DNA from: Octopus vulgaris | Lineage: Eukaryota | Direction of reading: 5' to 3' | Assembly: GCA_951406725.2 (NCBI GenBank) | Contig: OX597821.1 | Span: 42,718,001 to 42,782,000 of the forward strand | DNA length: 64,000 bases | Shown here: piece by piece, positions 27,083 to 41,600 of the stretch | Numbering within the stretch: the stretch's first letter is position 1 | How the letters are laid out: the number at the start of each line of letters is the position of its first letter | Notes under the pieces: generated by a model | The model's input: the letters and a program-made list of their open reading frames with translations, nothing else | The model's database searches: none | Told to the model about the DNA's origin: nothing | Program-made: the position numbers and the translations under genes

Positions 27083-27113
<31 letters not shown>

Positions 27114-30100
27114 GGGGGAGGGGGCGTATATCTGTCTAATGATAGTTACAAATAATAATTACTAATGAGCATCTTATTTCTTTATTGCCCACACGGGGCT
27201 AAACACAGAGGGGACAAACAAGGACAAAGGGATGAAGTTAATTACATCGACTCCAGTGCATAACTGGTACTTAATTTATCGACCTTGAAAGGATGAAAGG
27301 CAAAGTTGACCTCGGCGGAATTTGAACTCAGAACGTAAAGATAGATGAAATACCGCTAAGCGTTTTGGCCGGCCTGCTAACGTTTTTGCCAGCTTGCCTC
27401 CTAATGAGCATCTTGTCATACACAATATATTACATTGTGTGTGTGTGTGTGTGGTTAAAAGTGTAATTAAAAAGGAATTATATATCACACTACAGGTTCC
27501 AGCTGGCCTTATGCTGGGGCATCAACATCAAACAATATTAGAGTTAGAACTGCTTGAAAAAAAAAAGAAACAGTTCTAACAATCAAAGAAACAGAATATC
27601 AAGCCAGATGGGTTTCATCAGCATTGGTGTAGTCAGAAACACAATATAAAGAGTTTCCATGCAGGCCTCTAAGACGAAAGTCAGAAATACTGAGCACTAC
27701 TCATAAAAGTACAAATACCACCTCAACCTCATGGCAATTATATGGGTATGCACACAACCTGAGTTTATAACATGCATGGGCAACCTGAGGCCCTCAACGA
27801 GTTTTTAGGTTACTAATTTCATACTAAGACAAATAAAATTAAGAAGAACTACAGAAAATTCAGTGTAACATGGGCAATATTTCATGCATCTATGTTTTAT
27901 CACGTGGCCCTCTCCCACTTGGAAATGGTACGATGCGGCCCCCAGTTGAGGGAAAGTTACCCATCCCTGGTTTATAATAATATCAAGTACATGTGATGTT
28001 TTTCTGGACAAGTATCAAAGTTACACTCCCAGATGATTTGTTACCTATTTCTTACAGTTAGGTCAACCGACGTAAAGTAAAAGATTCTACAATGGAAGAA
28101 TAGTACAATACCAGTAGATTTAGCTCCTTCATAACTAGATTTTTAATAACTACATTACTTGGACTTCAATTAATACATTTAAAAATTTTATTAAAATATA
28201 TCTGGACTTATATTTGTTAGCTTTACATCCGTTTTACCATGCTAGCATGGGTCGGATGAATACATATTTTGGGCTTTGTTTTTACAACCAGATGCCTTTC
28301 TGTCACTAACCCTTACCTGTTCTTCAAATAAGGCAGTGATCATTCAACTTGTCTTTGAAAGTACAAAGCTAGATGATGATTTATTAACAAGGAATGGCAA
28401 CAAATGAAACTGATTTTAATTTCTCTGACTCCACAGACTTTATTGTCGTTGTTTGAATCTGCTGTCCTCCTTAATAGGTGGGAGCCAAGTCTCACACACA
28501 CATGACATTTTTTGTCATGGATTCAGCAGTTAGATACTGTTCCACTCTTCAACCGTTTCATAGAGTTCGCAATTTTATCGAGACACCATCATAAAGATGA
28601 CCAACTCCCAGCAAGAGTAAAGAGTCTTCTTTATCCAGTGTTGTCTCAGCTCAAGAATGATGAAGAGCAAATATAGTGATGTGATGGAAGACTAATGGTT
28701 CTGTGTGAGAAAGAGAGTAATGTGAAAGTATTCAGCTGTCAACAGCTACATAGAATGCAGTAGAAAAACTTACCACTCATTTCAATGCATATTAATTAGT
28801 GTAATTAGGTAGACAGTAATAATGACTTCATGTAGCAAATGTTTAACTTTTTTTCCCAGTTTCTACCATGGTTTGGAACAGTGCACATCATGTGTTTGCT
28901 GTTGGAACATTTTTCAACCTGTAATATTGGGTGGATTTTTTGCCACACCCAGTACTTTGCATAAAGTAGTTCATGATAGAGAGATCATTCAATTGAAAGA
29001 GCCATACTTTAAGCCTTAATATCAGCTCACTCACCTACAGATGCCTCATCTTAAAGAGTTTAAGTCTTCTTCAAAGTCTCATTACAACATCAAATATGAA
29101 ATCCCAGTAGTGCTGCATTTACTGTATCAGGCTAAAACCTAGAGCCTCAAAATAGGTCTTTTAGGAGTGTCCTCACGAGTGAAATAGTCTTCGGTCACTT
29201 TTCATCTAAAGCCAGCATTGGGTTCCAATTCGTCAACAAAGGTATAATATATACCAATATATAAAGTTACTAATATTAATCTAAGTGTTTCTAATATCTT
29301 AACTTTATACTGAAAATTAACCAAAACTTAAGCAGTTAATTTATTAGATTTAACCACAGAGGTTGGTGACATCAAGGAATCATTCAATTAAAAAATATAC
29401 ATAAGTAAAACAAAACAACAAAGAAAAAAGCGAAATTGACTTACATTTATTGCATTGTTATCATTAGATTTAATAATTCCTCGTTGCCATGAATTTTCAA
29501 TTTCTGCAAGACATGGTAATCCAATTATATCATCCATATCAGAGAAAGGCTCTAGTGTATCTACACAGTCTTTCATTGCAATGGACAATTGCAAATAGTC
29601 ATCAGAATCATCTGAAGGGGTCACATAAAAGTCGTCTGGTGCAATGAAATTCAATAATCTAACTTTGATACGGTTGCTGATCTCCATGTTCCAATCAAGG
29701 AATGACAATAGAGGGTCTCCTGCCATATCACCTAAAGATGGCTTCAGATTAAATGTCTGGCAATCCTCAAATGGATTCAAAGTATTTTCTGTTTTAGAAT
29801 CAGAACAAGGGACAGTGTCTTTGGGTTTTATCAAGCAGTTTGACACGAGACTAGTACTTAAACCTTGATCTAATTCTTCCCATTCACTAGGATTGCAATC
29901 AAATACATCCAATGAACGATTTGTTTCAATTTCAGCAGGAAGGTCATTTTCAGCATGATGGTTTGTGGAAGACTCTGCTGTTTTACCTTCATCAATGAAA
30001 GCAGTGGTTTGAATTTGGGAAGAACTAATTACGTTGCTGTTGAAATCACTGTTGTCTGTCATATTGACATCTGGAAGGTTCTCTTTGGTAAACTTTGAAC

Positions 30101-33100
30101 TGATTCTTTCATTGAGATCATTTTCATTTTGATCAGCTGGACAGTTTTCAGAGGCCGTAATGACCACATTTTGGTCATCAGGGAATTGTTTGGTTATTGT
30201 GGTGTCATCTTGGAATGCTGGGTTGTCATTACTCTTCAAGCTTTCACTGTTGTCAGTGCTTGAATTCTCTAGATTACATCTGTCAGGATTAATAGAAGAG
30301 TTTGGAATGTCAAAGTCATCAAAAGTATCTTGGTAGACATCCAAATCAGAATCTTCATTTTCTGTCATTTTCACAGCTGTACGCTGAAGGGTTGATTCAG
30401 TTTCTTGGGTCACAGACATGACTGCTTCAACTTCAGAGGACACAGATGTAACTGCTTCACCTTCAGAGGACACAGATGTAACTGCTTCACCTTCAGGGGA
30501 TATAGGCATGACTGCTTCAGTTTCTGGAGACATAGATGTAACGGCTTCAGTTTCTGGGGACATAGATGTAACGGCTTCAGTTTCTGGGGACATAGATGTA
30601 ACGGCTTCAGTTTCTGGAGGTATAGATGTAACTGCTTCAGTTTCTGGAGGTATAGATGTAACTGCTTCAGTTTCTGGAGGTATAGATGTAACTGCTTCAG
30701 TTTCTGGAGGTATAGATGTAACTGCTTCAGTTTCTGGGGACATAGATGTAACCGCTTCAGTTTCTGGAGACATAGATGTAACTGCTTCAGTTTCTGGGGA
30801 CATAGATGTAACTGCTTCAGTTTCTGGGGACATATATGCATTTGATTCAGTTTCTGAGGGCTCAGCATCAAGAGAAGGAAGATCTTGTGATTCATCATCG
30901 CCTGGAGAATCAGTATCTTGTGATTTGTTATCTGTTACTGGATGATTTGCTGACTGAAGATCTGAATTACTTTCTCCACATTCACTAAACATTTGTGCTG
31001 TGAGGCCTGAGGCCATGTCACACTCAATCAGAATTTCTTGAAGAAGTTTGTCATTACCATCTTTTAAATTGACCATATAAACACTTTTAGCCATTTCAGC
31101 CAGAACTGACATGGTAAACACCTTTTCAGAAACAATCTCTTCAAAACCAGTACACATATCTTCATCCCAGTAACTGTCACCTTTTGGAGATACGTCAGCT
31201 AAACTACAGTGCAAAGCCTGTTTTGGGAGAATCATGAAGCATTCTGGAATTGGTATCAACTCAGTGATCATTACTGACTCAATATTACCATAATCACAGA
31301 AAATCACCTCTACAGATGATGAGGCAACATTGACTGAGACAACCTCAGCTCGATAAAGAGCACCATCTTCACTGTATTTGGCAAGGCATGGTAATCCTAC
31401 ATAGATCTCTGCAGTTGGGATGATATCATCATCTTGGTAAATCTGCAACTGATTCATTAAGCTATCAAGACCATAGGAATCAGATGACTGGCACCAGAAA
31501 TCTTGAGGATTCGTTGTGAAACAAACTTTAACTTCCATAGTGAAGCCTGAATTATAGGTTGGTTCTAAATACCTACAAAGTAAAACAAACAGAAATTACT
31601 GAACTATTAAAACAGTTACATTGAAAAACATCTGAAAAAGTCACCACACACAAGTCTATTTTCCTGAATCACCAGAGAGACTGAGGGCAAACTTTCAGTT
31701 ACTTAGAACAAGAAAATTGGAACATATGATCTACTGAAAATCTATTCACATCAAAATATTTACAGAAGACAGTAAAAATGAAGTTAAGGGAATTTGTCAT
31801 ATTTTGATAAATGTTCCAATAACCATTTTATATTATATGTATGATGCTCCTGATGAGCTCTAATATAACAGACAAAGTGGTGGCTATATAAGACAGATAC
31901 AGAAACTTAGGATAATTTAATTCAATATAATTTATTGTTATAAGTATAAAGAACACCAATATAATGGGCCAGGTGGCTATAACAGAAACTAAATCTAAAA
32001 ACTAACACTAAAAACCCTTTCTGCTATAGGCACAAAGCCTGAAAATTAGAAGGCAGAGTCTAGTCATTTGTATCAACCCAGTGCTTAACTGGTATCTATT
32101 TTATCAACCCTGAAGGATGAAAAACAAAGCCAACCTCAGAAGAATCTGAACTCAGACTATAAACATGAACAAAATGCCACTAAGCAATTATGTCCTACAT
32201 GCTAACAATTCTGTCAGCTTACCTCCGGAGCAATAATAATCATCCATACTTTAGTGTACCTGATAGACATATTACAAGTTCAACTCCTGCTTTATGTTCT
32301 GGTAGTTAGTACCAGCATATACAGCTGTGCAGTATTGTACATTCAACACTAACACATTGCCAAAGATTTTGTCTTTGAATAGCCTGTGTTACATTCCAAG
32401 AAATAATGTCAATTAGCTCCATTCAGTCAAGTTTTAAAGAGTAAAATTAATGTTCATCTGCTAGAATATGAAAGAGATGAGTTGAGAGGCAATCACATCA
32501 TCATCATCATCATCGTTTAATGTCCGTTCTCCATGCTAGCATGGGTTGGACGGTTCGACCGGGGATCTGGGAAGCCAGAAGGCTGCACCAGGCTCCAGTC
32601 TTATCTGGCAATGTTTCTACAGCTGGATGCCCTTCCTAACGCCATGCCCAGGTAAAAATGATACCTATAAAGTTACAATAACATACACGACACTAAAGCA
32701 GCAAACTGGCAGAATGATAAACATGCAAAGCAAAATGCTTGGCAGCATTTCGTCAGGCTTTACATTCTGATTTCAAATTCTGCTTAGATCAACTTTACCT
32801 TTCATCTTTTCAGGGTCAATGCAATAAATGCCAGTTGAGAACTGGGGTCAATGTAATCGACTGATCCCGCCCCAGAAATTGTTGGTCTTGTACTAATATT
32901 TGAAACCAATAACAATACATGACATTACACAAACAACTACTTTACAAAATCATCCATCAATCTATTCATACATGGATATAGATGATGTATAAGATGTTGC
33001 TGATGTGTACACTATAAGCTTTCAGTAGTGAGGAGTAGAGTGAAAGTCTAGATCGAGACTGAACTAGGTTTGAGTAATGTGTGCTTGCATATGATTATTG

Positions 33101-36100
33101 TTCTGAAGTACCAGACAAATCTGCTGCCACACACAAGAAACTATAACGTTTATGGCATCTATAAAGAAAACTGATATTTGATTGATGTAAAAGAAGCAAT
33201 ACCTATGGAGATTCCATAGTTATTTTAAAATTCTAAGATGGAATTGTATGTTTTTCTTGAGCATTTGAATTTTCTTGAGATAGTGTAACAGTCCATATAG
33301 GTAATACTGAAAGTACACTCTCAAGAAAGCTATACATGAACTTCTTAACTATTCCATTATTGGTACCTTTGGCAAATGTCTTTCTATTATAACCCTTTAG
33401 CCCTAGGTCAACAAAGTCCTTGTGAGTGGATGTGGTAGATGAAGTTGAAAGACATCTGTAGATATGTGTGTGTGTGTGTGTATACATGTATGTGTGTCTT
33501 CGTGTCTCTTTGTTTTGACATTGTGTGAGATTGTAAGTTAGTGTCACCGTTATATATGAATGCTATATTCTCAGGTTTTCTACTTTATTAGCTGTTATCT
33601 ATTATTTTTTTTACTTTATATCACTTAACAGTACTGACTTCTACTTTTGTGATGCCCTCAGTAAGCATACTTCCATTGCCTCTCCCCTGCACTAATCACA
33701 TTCTATTGTTCTCTCTCCCTTCAACTAACCAACCATTTAAAAATAATAATCTCTTTCTCTTTGCTCTTATTAACACTTTTCTTTCTCTGTTTTCACTATC
33801 TCCTTCAACTAACTACAAGACAGCATCACACATTTGACATTAGCATATTAATGTAGATGATTTCTGTCAAAGCAGAGGCATTCTTTGATATTTTCTGTTT
33901 GTTGTCTATGTATGATGTAGAGAATAATGCGCAATTGGAACCTGACACCACTCCTTTTAAGGTGCAGATATCAAGAAGGAATTAAAAGCAAAACATGGCA
34001 ATGACTTGAGATCCATTTAAGTCAAATCAATATTAGATAATCTTCAAGAGCTGTATTAATGACTGCTATCATAAACTTGCCTTGTATCTAATTTACATGG
34101 GTAAAATGGCTTATCTATTGAAGCAATCGTTTGAAGAGTGTTCAGTTGATAAATTGGAGAAAGCAGGGTTGTCATAAATAAGCCACTTCAGCACGCTATT
34201 GATGGCAAAAATTGGTTTACCATTATCACTGTTTAATCATCTTTTCCCTAATTGAATACATCAAGTGAGATTATACTGAGGCAGAGTTTTCTATAACCAG
34301 ATACTCTTCCTTATGCCAACAACCCTCAATCAGTTTCCAACCAATGATAAACAATAATAAACATCGCCTCACCCAGTTTATTGAATAACAAATGGCCTAG
34401 ACGTTGTTAGATGGAGAACTGGAAACTAACAAACAACAGTAGCAGATGATGAAGAAGGAGTGGAGAACATCCAGTGATACACAGGGTTGAAGAGCAGCAA
34501 AAGAGTAATGTAGATAAGGATAAGCGTGAGAGAGAGAGATGATGTGTGGTTGCCAGTATGTGTTAGGGGAGACCGACATAGTGCAAGGGGAGAGCAAGAA
34601 ATGTATGGTGGTGGAATTATCAAGTGAAAAGGTTTAGGGTATTAAAAAATTTCTCACATGAAACCTGTTGAAATAGATCTATTCTAGAATTTTGTTCAGA
34701 AAGGAATTATCAAGACATGTTCAAATGACAAAAATGATTGGATTGAGGTTTTAAGAAATTTTAAATTTTGCCAAAATCAGACATCATGAAAATTGGAATT
34801 TCTCTACAGGAAAAAAGTTGAAAGTTAGTTTAATCATGATAGTTTATTCAACTATTTCAACATTGGAATGTGTTATACACAGAATGAACTCCCTGTACAT
34901 TTTTAAGGGAGAAGCATTCTTAAGCTATGATCTTTTTGACTGAGTGTCCCTGGGTTAAGAAGTATGTTCAAATACAAGATTGTGTTTAATGAGAATATCA
35001 CACAAGTATGCAAATCTATATATACATATATGGTCAAACAGACACACATAAACATCTACACACACAGATATTGAAGTACTCACCTGTTATGACTAGAAGA
35101 TAATTCTGCAGGTATTAAGGACACCACATAGAGGTTGTCTTCCTTACACTCTTTGACCTTCATCTGTCCAGTCCTAAAAAGAGAAATTAATCATGCTAAC
35201 CTGGAAAAATGGCATTAAAATGAACAGAACATTATGTGGAGTGGTTGTTGTTAGGAGGTATCTAGCCACAAAAACCATGCCAAAATATGGAGTCAAAGAA
35301 AAACACAAGACTCTAACCTACTCACAAGTCTAATAACACAGAATAAGAACTTGGGCCATGATGACCAATACAACTCATCCTAACACAGAAACCAGGTGGA
35401 AAATGATGACGACAAGTAATAAATGTACTTCTTGCACTGATGTACAGGATGGTCTTCTCTTGCATACTCTGCCTTTTCATTTGCAGAGTCAATCTGATGC
35501 CCGACAGCAATTTTCAGAAAAGTAAGATAAAAAGAATAAGTTAGAAGAAAGTCAATGCTCTTGAAAGTGTCCTCAAAAAACTGATGCACTCTGTATATAT
35601 TACAATGTTTCTCAAACAAATTCCCTTGTGATATTTGTTCTATGCTGAGTTTAAGAAACTTCCTGGATCATTAGAAACCGACAATACTATTATCCACCAA
35701 TTGAGATAAAGTAAATAAAATACATTTTTTACAGCTAAATGACAATCCTTAGGAATCATCTGTAGAACAAGGTTGACAAGATATGATGTTTTAAAGAAAA
35801 ATATATTATTATACTTAAGTCACTAGCAAAGATTTTTTTTTGTCATAAAGCAGAAAAGGTAAACAAAATTTCAAACATTAATAGACAAGACTTGTTCTTC
35901 AAAGGTCAATAAAGTCTGAAAATGGGAACAAGTAGTAAAAAACTGGATGACTCAAAATTGTACACAAATTCTCAATTAAAAAAAAAAAAGAAGCTTATTA
36001 TCCAGGCAAACAATTATATTTATGTATATATTAATATATACACACTCAACTACTAAACATCTATTAACCTTTTAACATTCCAATTACTGTCAAATGAAAT

Positions 36101-36610
36101 ATTTACTTATTCACATTGTTTTGAATTAATCATGCATTGTCTCATAGCTTCAAGACTTCAGTGATGTGATTGATTATTTTTAGAATGACATTGTAGGGTG
36201 GATGTGAGAAGCTGGATCTAACCGGTTTGAACATAAAACAGACAGGATATCTGGGCTCGACAGGGTGGTTTAAATATCATACACTAAACAAGGGTAGTTT
36301 ACATCCAGTTTTTATTTTACAGAGTTCAATTAATTACTATTTTTTTTATTTCAAGAGAAGCCCTCAGATTCATATGAGGGGTAAAAATAAATTACATTTG
36401 TTGTAATGGAAAAATGATGCAAGATTTTAAAAAACCCAGAGACTGAAATTGGGCCAGGAATTCAGCCCTATAACAGGTAGCCCCTATCTAATAGTAGTTA
36501 GGAAATTAATTCATATCTGTAGGGGAAAATTCAAAATTTTTCAGATGTAGTCACACCTGTGTCTCTCTCTGTATGTATGTATTTATATATATATATATAT
36601 ATATATATAG

Positions 36611-36642
<32 letters not shown>

Positions 36643-38545
36643 CACACACACACAGCTGTTGCCAGTGTCATGTAAATGGCACCCATTACACTCTCAGAGT
36701 GTTTGCCATTAGGAAGAGCATCCATCTGTAGAAACCATGCCAAATCAGGCCTGATGTAACCCTCCGGCTTACCAGTTTCAGCATGGAAAGCGATATATAT
36801 ATATATATTTATGTGTTGATTAAAATTTTTCTTTCTACTTGTTCTACTATACATTTCAACATTTCTTGTTTGTTTACATTGGACACAATATTATGTATAT
36901 ATATATATATATATACAGTTGCGGCCAAAATGTTCAGAACAGCATTGTTTTTGTCAGAAAAGTAGGTATAATTTTTTATCAAAGTTGTTTTATATTCTAT
37001 AATTTTCAGAGACAATAAATACGATATTAATTGTTATTGTCTGAGACTTTGGTGTAATTTGAGAGGATAATACAAAAGTTATGGATGATTTAGTGATTTA
37101 CTGCAAAATCCATGGCGGCCAAAATGATCAGAACGGTTGAAAAAATAACAAAATAATCAAAAATGACAGAGAATACTGGAATTATTTAATATTTAGTGTG
37201 AAGCCCTTTAGCTTCAATCACACTTTGACATCTTCGACTGCATGAGGAAATTAAATTTTCAATTTCTTGCTGGGTGATCTTATTCCATTCTTCCTGAAGG
37301 GCATTCCATAATTGCTCGGTTGTTTTAGGATTTCTGGCGTTCAAACGTTCTCCTAGAATATTCCACACATTTTCAATAGGATTGAGATCTGGGCTTTGAG
37401 CAGGCCAATTCATAACAATAACCTTTTCAGCCTTGAGGAAGTTCATGACCACTTTAACCTTGTGACATGGGGCATTGTCCTGCATGAATATGGGTGATCG
37501 CTTAGTTGAATTTTTCAGCTCAGGCAAGGCATGATCTTTTACAAGTTGTTTATAAACTCCTGAATTTACCTTTCCATGTAATCGCACCAAAGGGCCCACA
37601 CCATCCCCAGATATCATCCTCCAAACCATGACACTTCCTCCGCTGAATTTAACACTAGTCTTAAGGCATTTAGGCAACAATTTTTCACCTACTTTTCGAC
37701 GAACGTACCTTATCCCATCTGTGAGCCAAATAACAAACTTAGATTCATCACTGAAATGCACCATTTGCCATTTTTCTTGAGATCACAAAACATGTTCGGT
37801 TGCAAAGATAAGACAACACTTTTTATTCTTGGAGCTGATCAGTGGCTTCACTGCAGGTGCTCTTGCTTGTAGGTCATGTTCAACTAAACGACGAGACACA
37901 GTTTTTCGAGATAAAGTTTTCTTCAGTACAATGCTCATTTCCCGAGAAACAGTAGCAGCAGTTTTAAATTTGCCATTTTAACCAACTTTACCATAGCACG
38001 ATCTTTTCTCTTGGTCGTTTTTCTTGGCCTACCTGTAGACTTTCTTGCTTCACATGAACCACAATCATCGTAGACCTTAAGAATACCGTGAACAACACTT
38101 TTTGACTTGTTAACAATCTTTGCAATAGACCCAATACTTAAATTATCCTTTTTTCGAAGCTTAATAATCTGCTGACGAATTGGTAATGGAGTAAGTGGCA
38201 TTATATTAACGAAGTACACTGCAGATATTCTTACTAATGTTTAGTAAACGAACCATCACGTAAACAAATTCAAAACATTAGGGTTCGCCGGTTAAATATA
38301 CTAAAACAGGGAGTAAAAGCAACCATTCTGATCATTTTGGCCGCCATGGATTTTGCAGTAAATCACTAAATCATCCATAACTTTTGTATTATCCTCTCAA
38401 ATTACACCAAAGTCTCAGACAATAACAACTAATATCGTATTTATTGTCTCTGAAAATTATAGAATATAAAACAACTTTGATAAAAAATTATACCTACTTT
38501 TCTGACGAAAACAATGCTGTTCTGAACATTTTGGCCGCAACTGTA

Positions 38546-38628
<83 letters not shown>

Positions 38629-41600
38629 GAAACTAATAATTTACTCCAATGTACTTGTTATTCCTAGTTTCTCATTTGTATTAATTTCTTCAAGAGTAGT
38701 GTTATTGTAAATCATTAGCTTTTTTAATAAATGAACTCTACAAGGATTGAGTAACACCCAAGTGTTTGTATATGTGTGTGTTGTTCATTGTATGTCCATT
38801 TTTCCATGCTAGCAAGAGCTAGATGAATATGCTATCGAGACATTGTTTTACAGTTGAATGCTGTCCTTGATGGATAATTCTTACCTGTCTTGCAAGTAAG
38901 AGATCTTTTATTTCACATGGCTTCCAAGGGATATGAAGTGACTGGTTATAATGACACTGCCATTTATAACTTTCATACAAGCAATCACAGATGTAAACTA
39001 ACACACCATGATGATCTTTCAGTTCCAGTCTAATAACCCCACTCACAATACTTTATTTGGTCACATGCTATTGCGGAAGTCATGCCAAATGTAACACACA
39101 CCAGGACTGAACTCAAAATCACTAGGAAGTGAAGTGCTCAACCATAAAACCAAGCCTGCACCTATCATATTTCTGTAAAATAAACTTGGTATAAGTAAAG
39201 AGATATGCTATGACAATTAAAATATATATTTGTATATATCGATGCATCAAAGACTGAATCAGTTCTTATTCAAAGTTCATCCTCTCCTAAATAAGTCAGA
39301 GGACCACATTTTGCTTATTCATTTCATTCTTGGTTTGGAGTTCTATGACTAGATGTCCTTCCTATTACCAATCACATCGTTACATTCATAACAGCTGATG
39401 CAGAAATACATAAACGAGGGAAAATTTTGTTTTAACAGTGTGTCTTTCATGCTACACATTCTTTTTGTTAAATTTTTTTGTTCCAAGTCAACTCTCTGAT
39501 CAAAACACATGACCCTGTTCCCATTGTAAACTTTAACATCAACTAAGATTCAACTTGTATTTAGTGTTATAGGCATATAATGTAGTTTAAAGACACTTAC
39601 CATAAATCTGATACAAAGGATTCAGAAGTTGGGTCTTCGGCTATTTCACAATGGATGGCTAAAGGTGGTAAGTCAGCAAGAAAATGAAACAATTCTTTGA
39701 GACAGTCCCTAGGTACTACTTTTGTAAGACCACAGTCAATATCAAAAACTGTTAAATCTTCTTTGGTGACAGCTTTTAGGATGGCTCGATAAACATTCTC
39801 ATCAGGAGCAACAACAGCATATAAAACACCAATTTGGTATTCACTTACAGCAGCTTCAGTAGGAGCTAAACTTCGGTAAATTTTTTCCATTAGATCTTTT
39901 AGCTTATCAATAATAGGCACTTTTGGAAACATTTTTATCCAGAATTCCTTTTGAGATACAACACTGCAGATTTGAATATTCAGCAATTCTCCACAGACCA
40001 GGTTCCACCGGTACTGTTGTTTCTGCAGCCATGCAATTACATCCATAACAGAACGGTCAACAATAACATCGTTTGAAAGTTCAACTTTGTCATAGACTTC
40101 AGCTATTTCTCGTTCTACAAGAAGTTCAGCAACATTCTTACCTTTCAGTGTTAAGTTTATCACATATCCTGTACCACCAGGGTGCTGCAGAATGCTGCAA
40201 ATTTCAGCTGTCATCAACTGATTTAGGCATAAATTCTGAAAGATACTGAAAGAGTTCTGGGACCATGAATTATTTTTGCCTTCCACATAGGCCAAATGAC
40301 ATTCAAATGCTTGCATTGGGAGTTTTGTAAAGTCTTTATGCAATGGCCAAATGCTTTTGCGTTCAACAGTTTCTGTATTACCAAAATCAACAAGTAGAAT
40401 ATCACAGCTAAACTTTTTCAAAGATTGTACTTTGCCCCGGTAAAATTTACCATCTTTAGCAGACCTGACAACACACAGAGAGGACAGCTGGAGATCCACA
40501 GCCTTACTCCCTTTATCACAATTGCTACAATACAGGTTCATTTCTTTCTCGAGCTGTTTCAGAGAAACAACACTCTCTTCAGGCTGACACCAAAAGTTCT
40601 CAGGTGTAACTAGGTGGGTTACATATACACCAAGGCATTCAAACTGAAGAAGATCCAATGGCTGAAGAATATCTGTAAAAGAAAAAATTTGATTTGCAAT
40701 GCGGCTGCTAGCAAATGGTAACTCTGAATCTGAAATAAGAGTCATGTGATAACCAGATAGATGGTAATTCAGAACTAAGAGGCAAACTATCATTACAGGT
40801 TGTCAATCAGTTTTCAATGTGCCACATTAATAATGTTTAATTAGGGTATATCAATGAAATAGGTAAAAAAAAAGTTTGTTGTTTCTGTGAGATATTACAT
40901 TAAATAATACTGTAAAAGGAAAATAAGTTACTTTACAGAAGCAGTAAATGTTGCTACTATCATTCATTCTTTGTGATTTTTTTTTCTTTTGGAAAGTTAA
41001 TCCTTATGGCATCACTTCATTAATCTCTAGCTACAATTTTTAAGTTGTGGGCATTAGCAGAGTAAAACTAAGAATGCTATAGGTTACTGGGTCACTCAAA
41101 TAGCAAAGACCTAAAAGCAAAACGTGTACTAGAATATGACATACAAAATGTAGATAGTAGATCTAAAAGGACAACTTTAAAGATGCTACGTGAAGAAGCA
41201 GCTGGAAAGAAAGAAGTTTGGAGAGATGTTGGTGTTAAACAATTTCTGGTTAATCAAACTGTACTGTCAGAAGACAATACTGAAGGCAAAAAGTTTTAGA
41301 AATGAAATTGAACACTTACGTTTATCTGTATTAGGGTTTTGGATAATATTTTGCATTGAGACCTGATTAGAAACAGTTTCAGCAAGTAACTGTCCATCTA
41401 GAGAGTAGAGTTCAACAAGATATGGCTTAGATTTAGATTCAAAGCTTACAAACAGGGATTTTGCATTTGTAGAGAGATGGAACCTGCTTTGCAGGCGGTC
41501 ATTCCACATTTGGCAACTTTTTAAGGTGCATGGCAGAGCAAGGGGAGGAAGTGTAGTCAAGTTGGTATCAGCAGTAATATTAAGTACAGAAGATGCAGGA

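Noticed and set aside
30405-30945. Overlapping repetitive ORFs in other frames and on the opposite strand
   Set aside because: By-products of the 30-bp repeat; only the Tudor frame has splice and domain support.
31845-31910. ctgatgag...gaaac hammerhead candidate
   Set aside because: No stem II or stem I pairing could be built around the core boxes.
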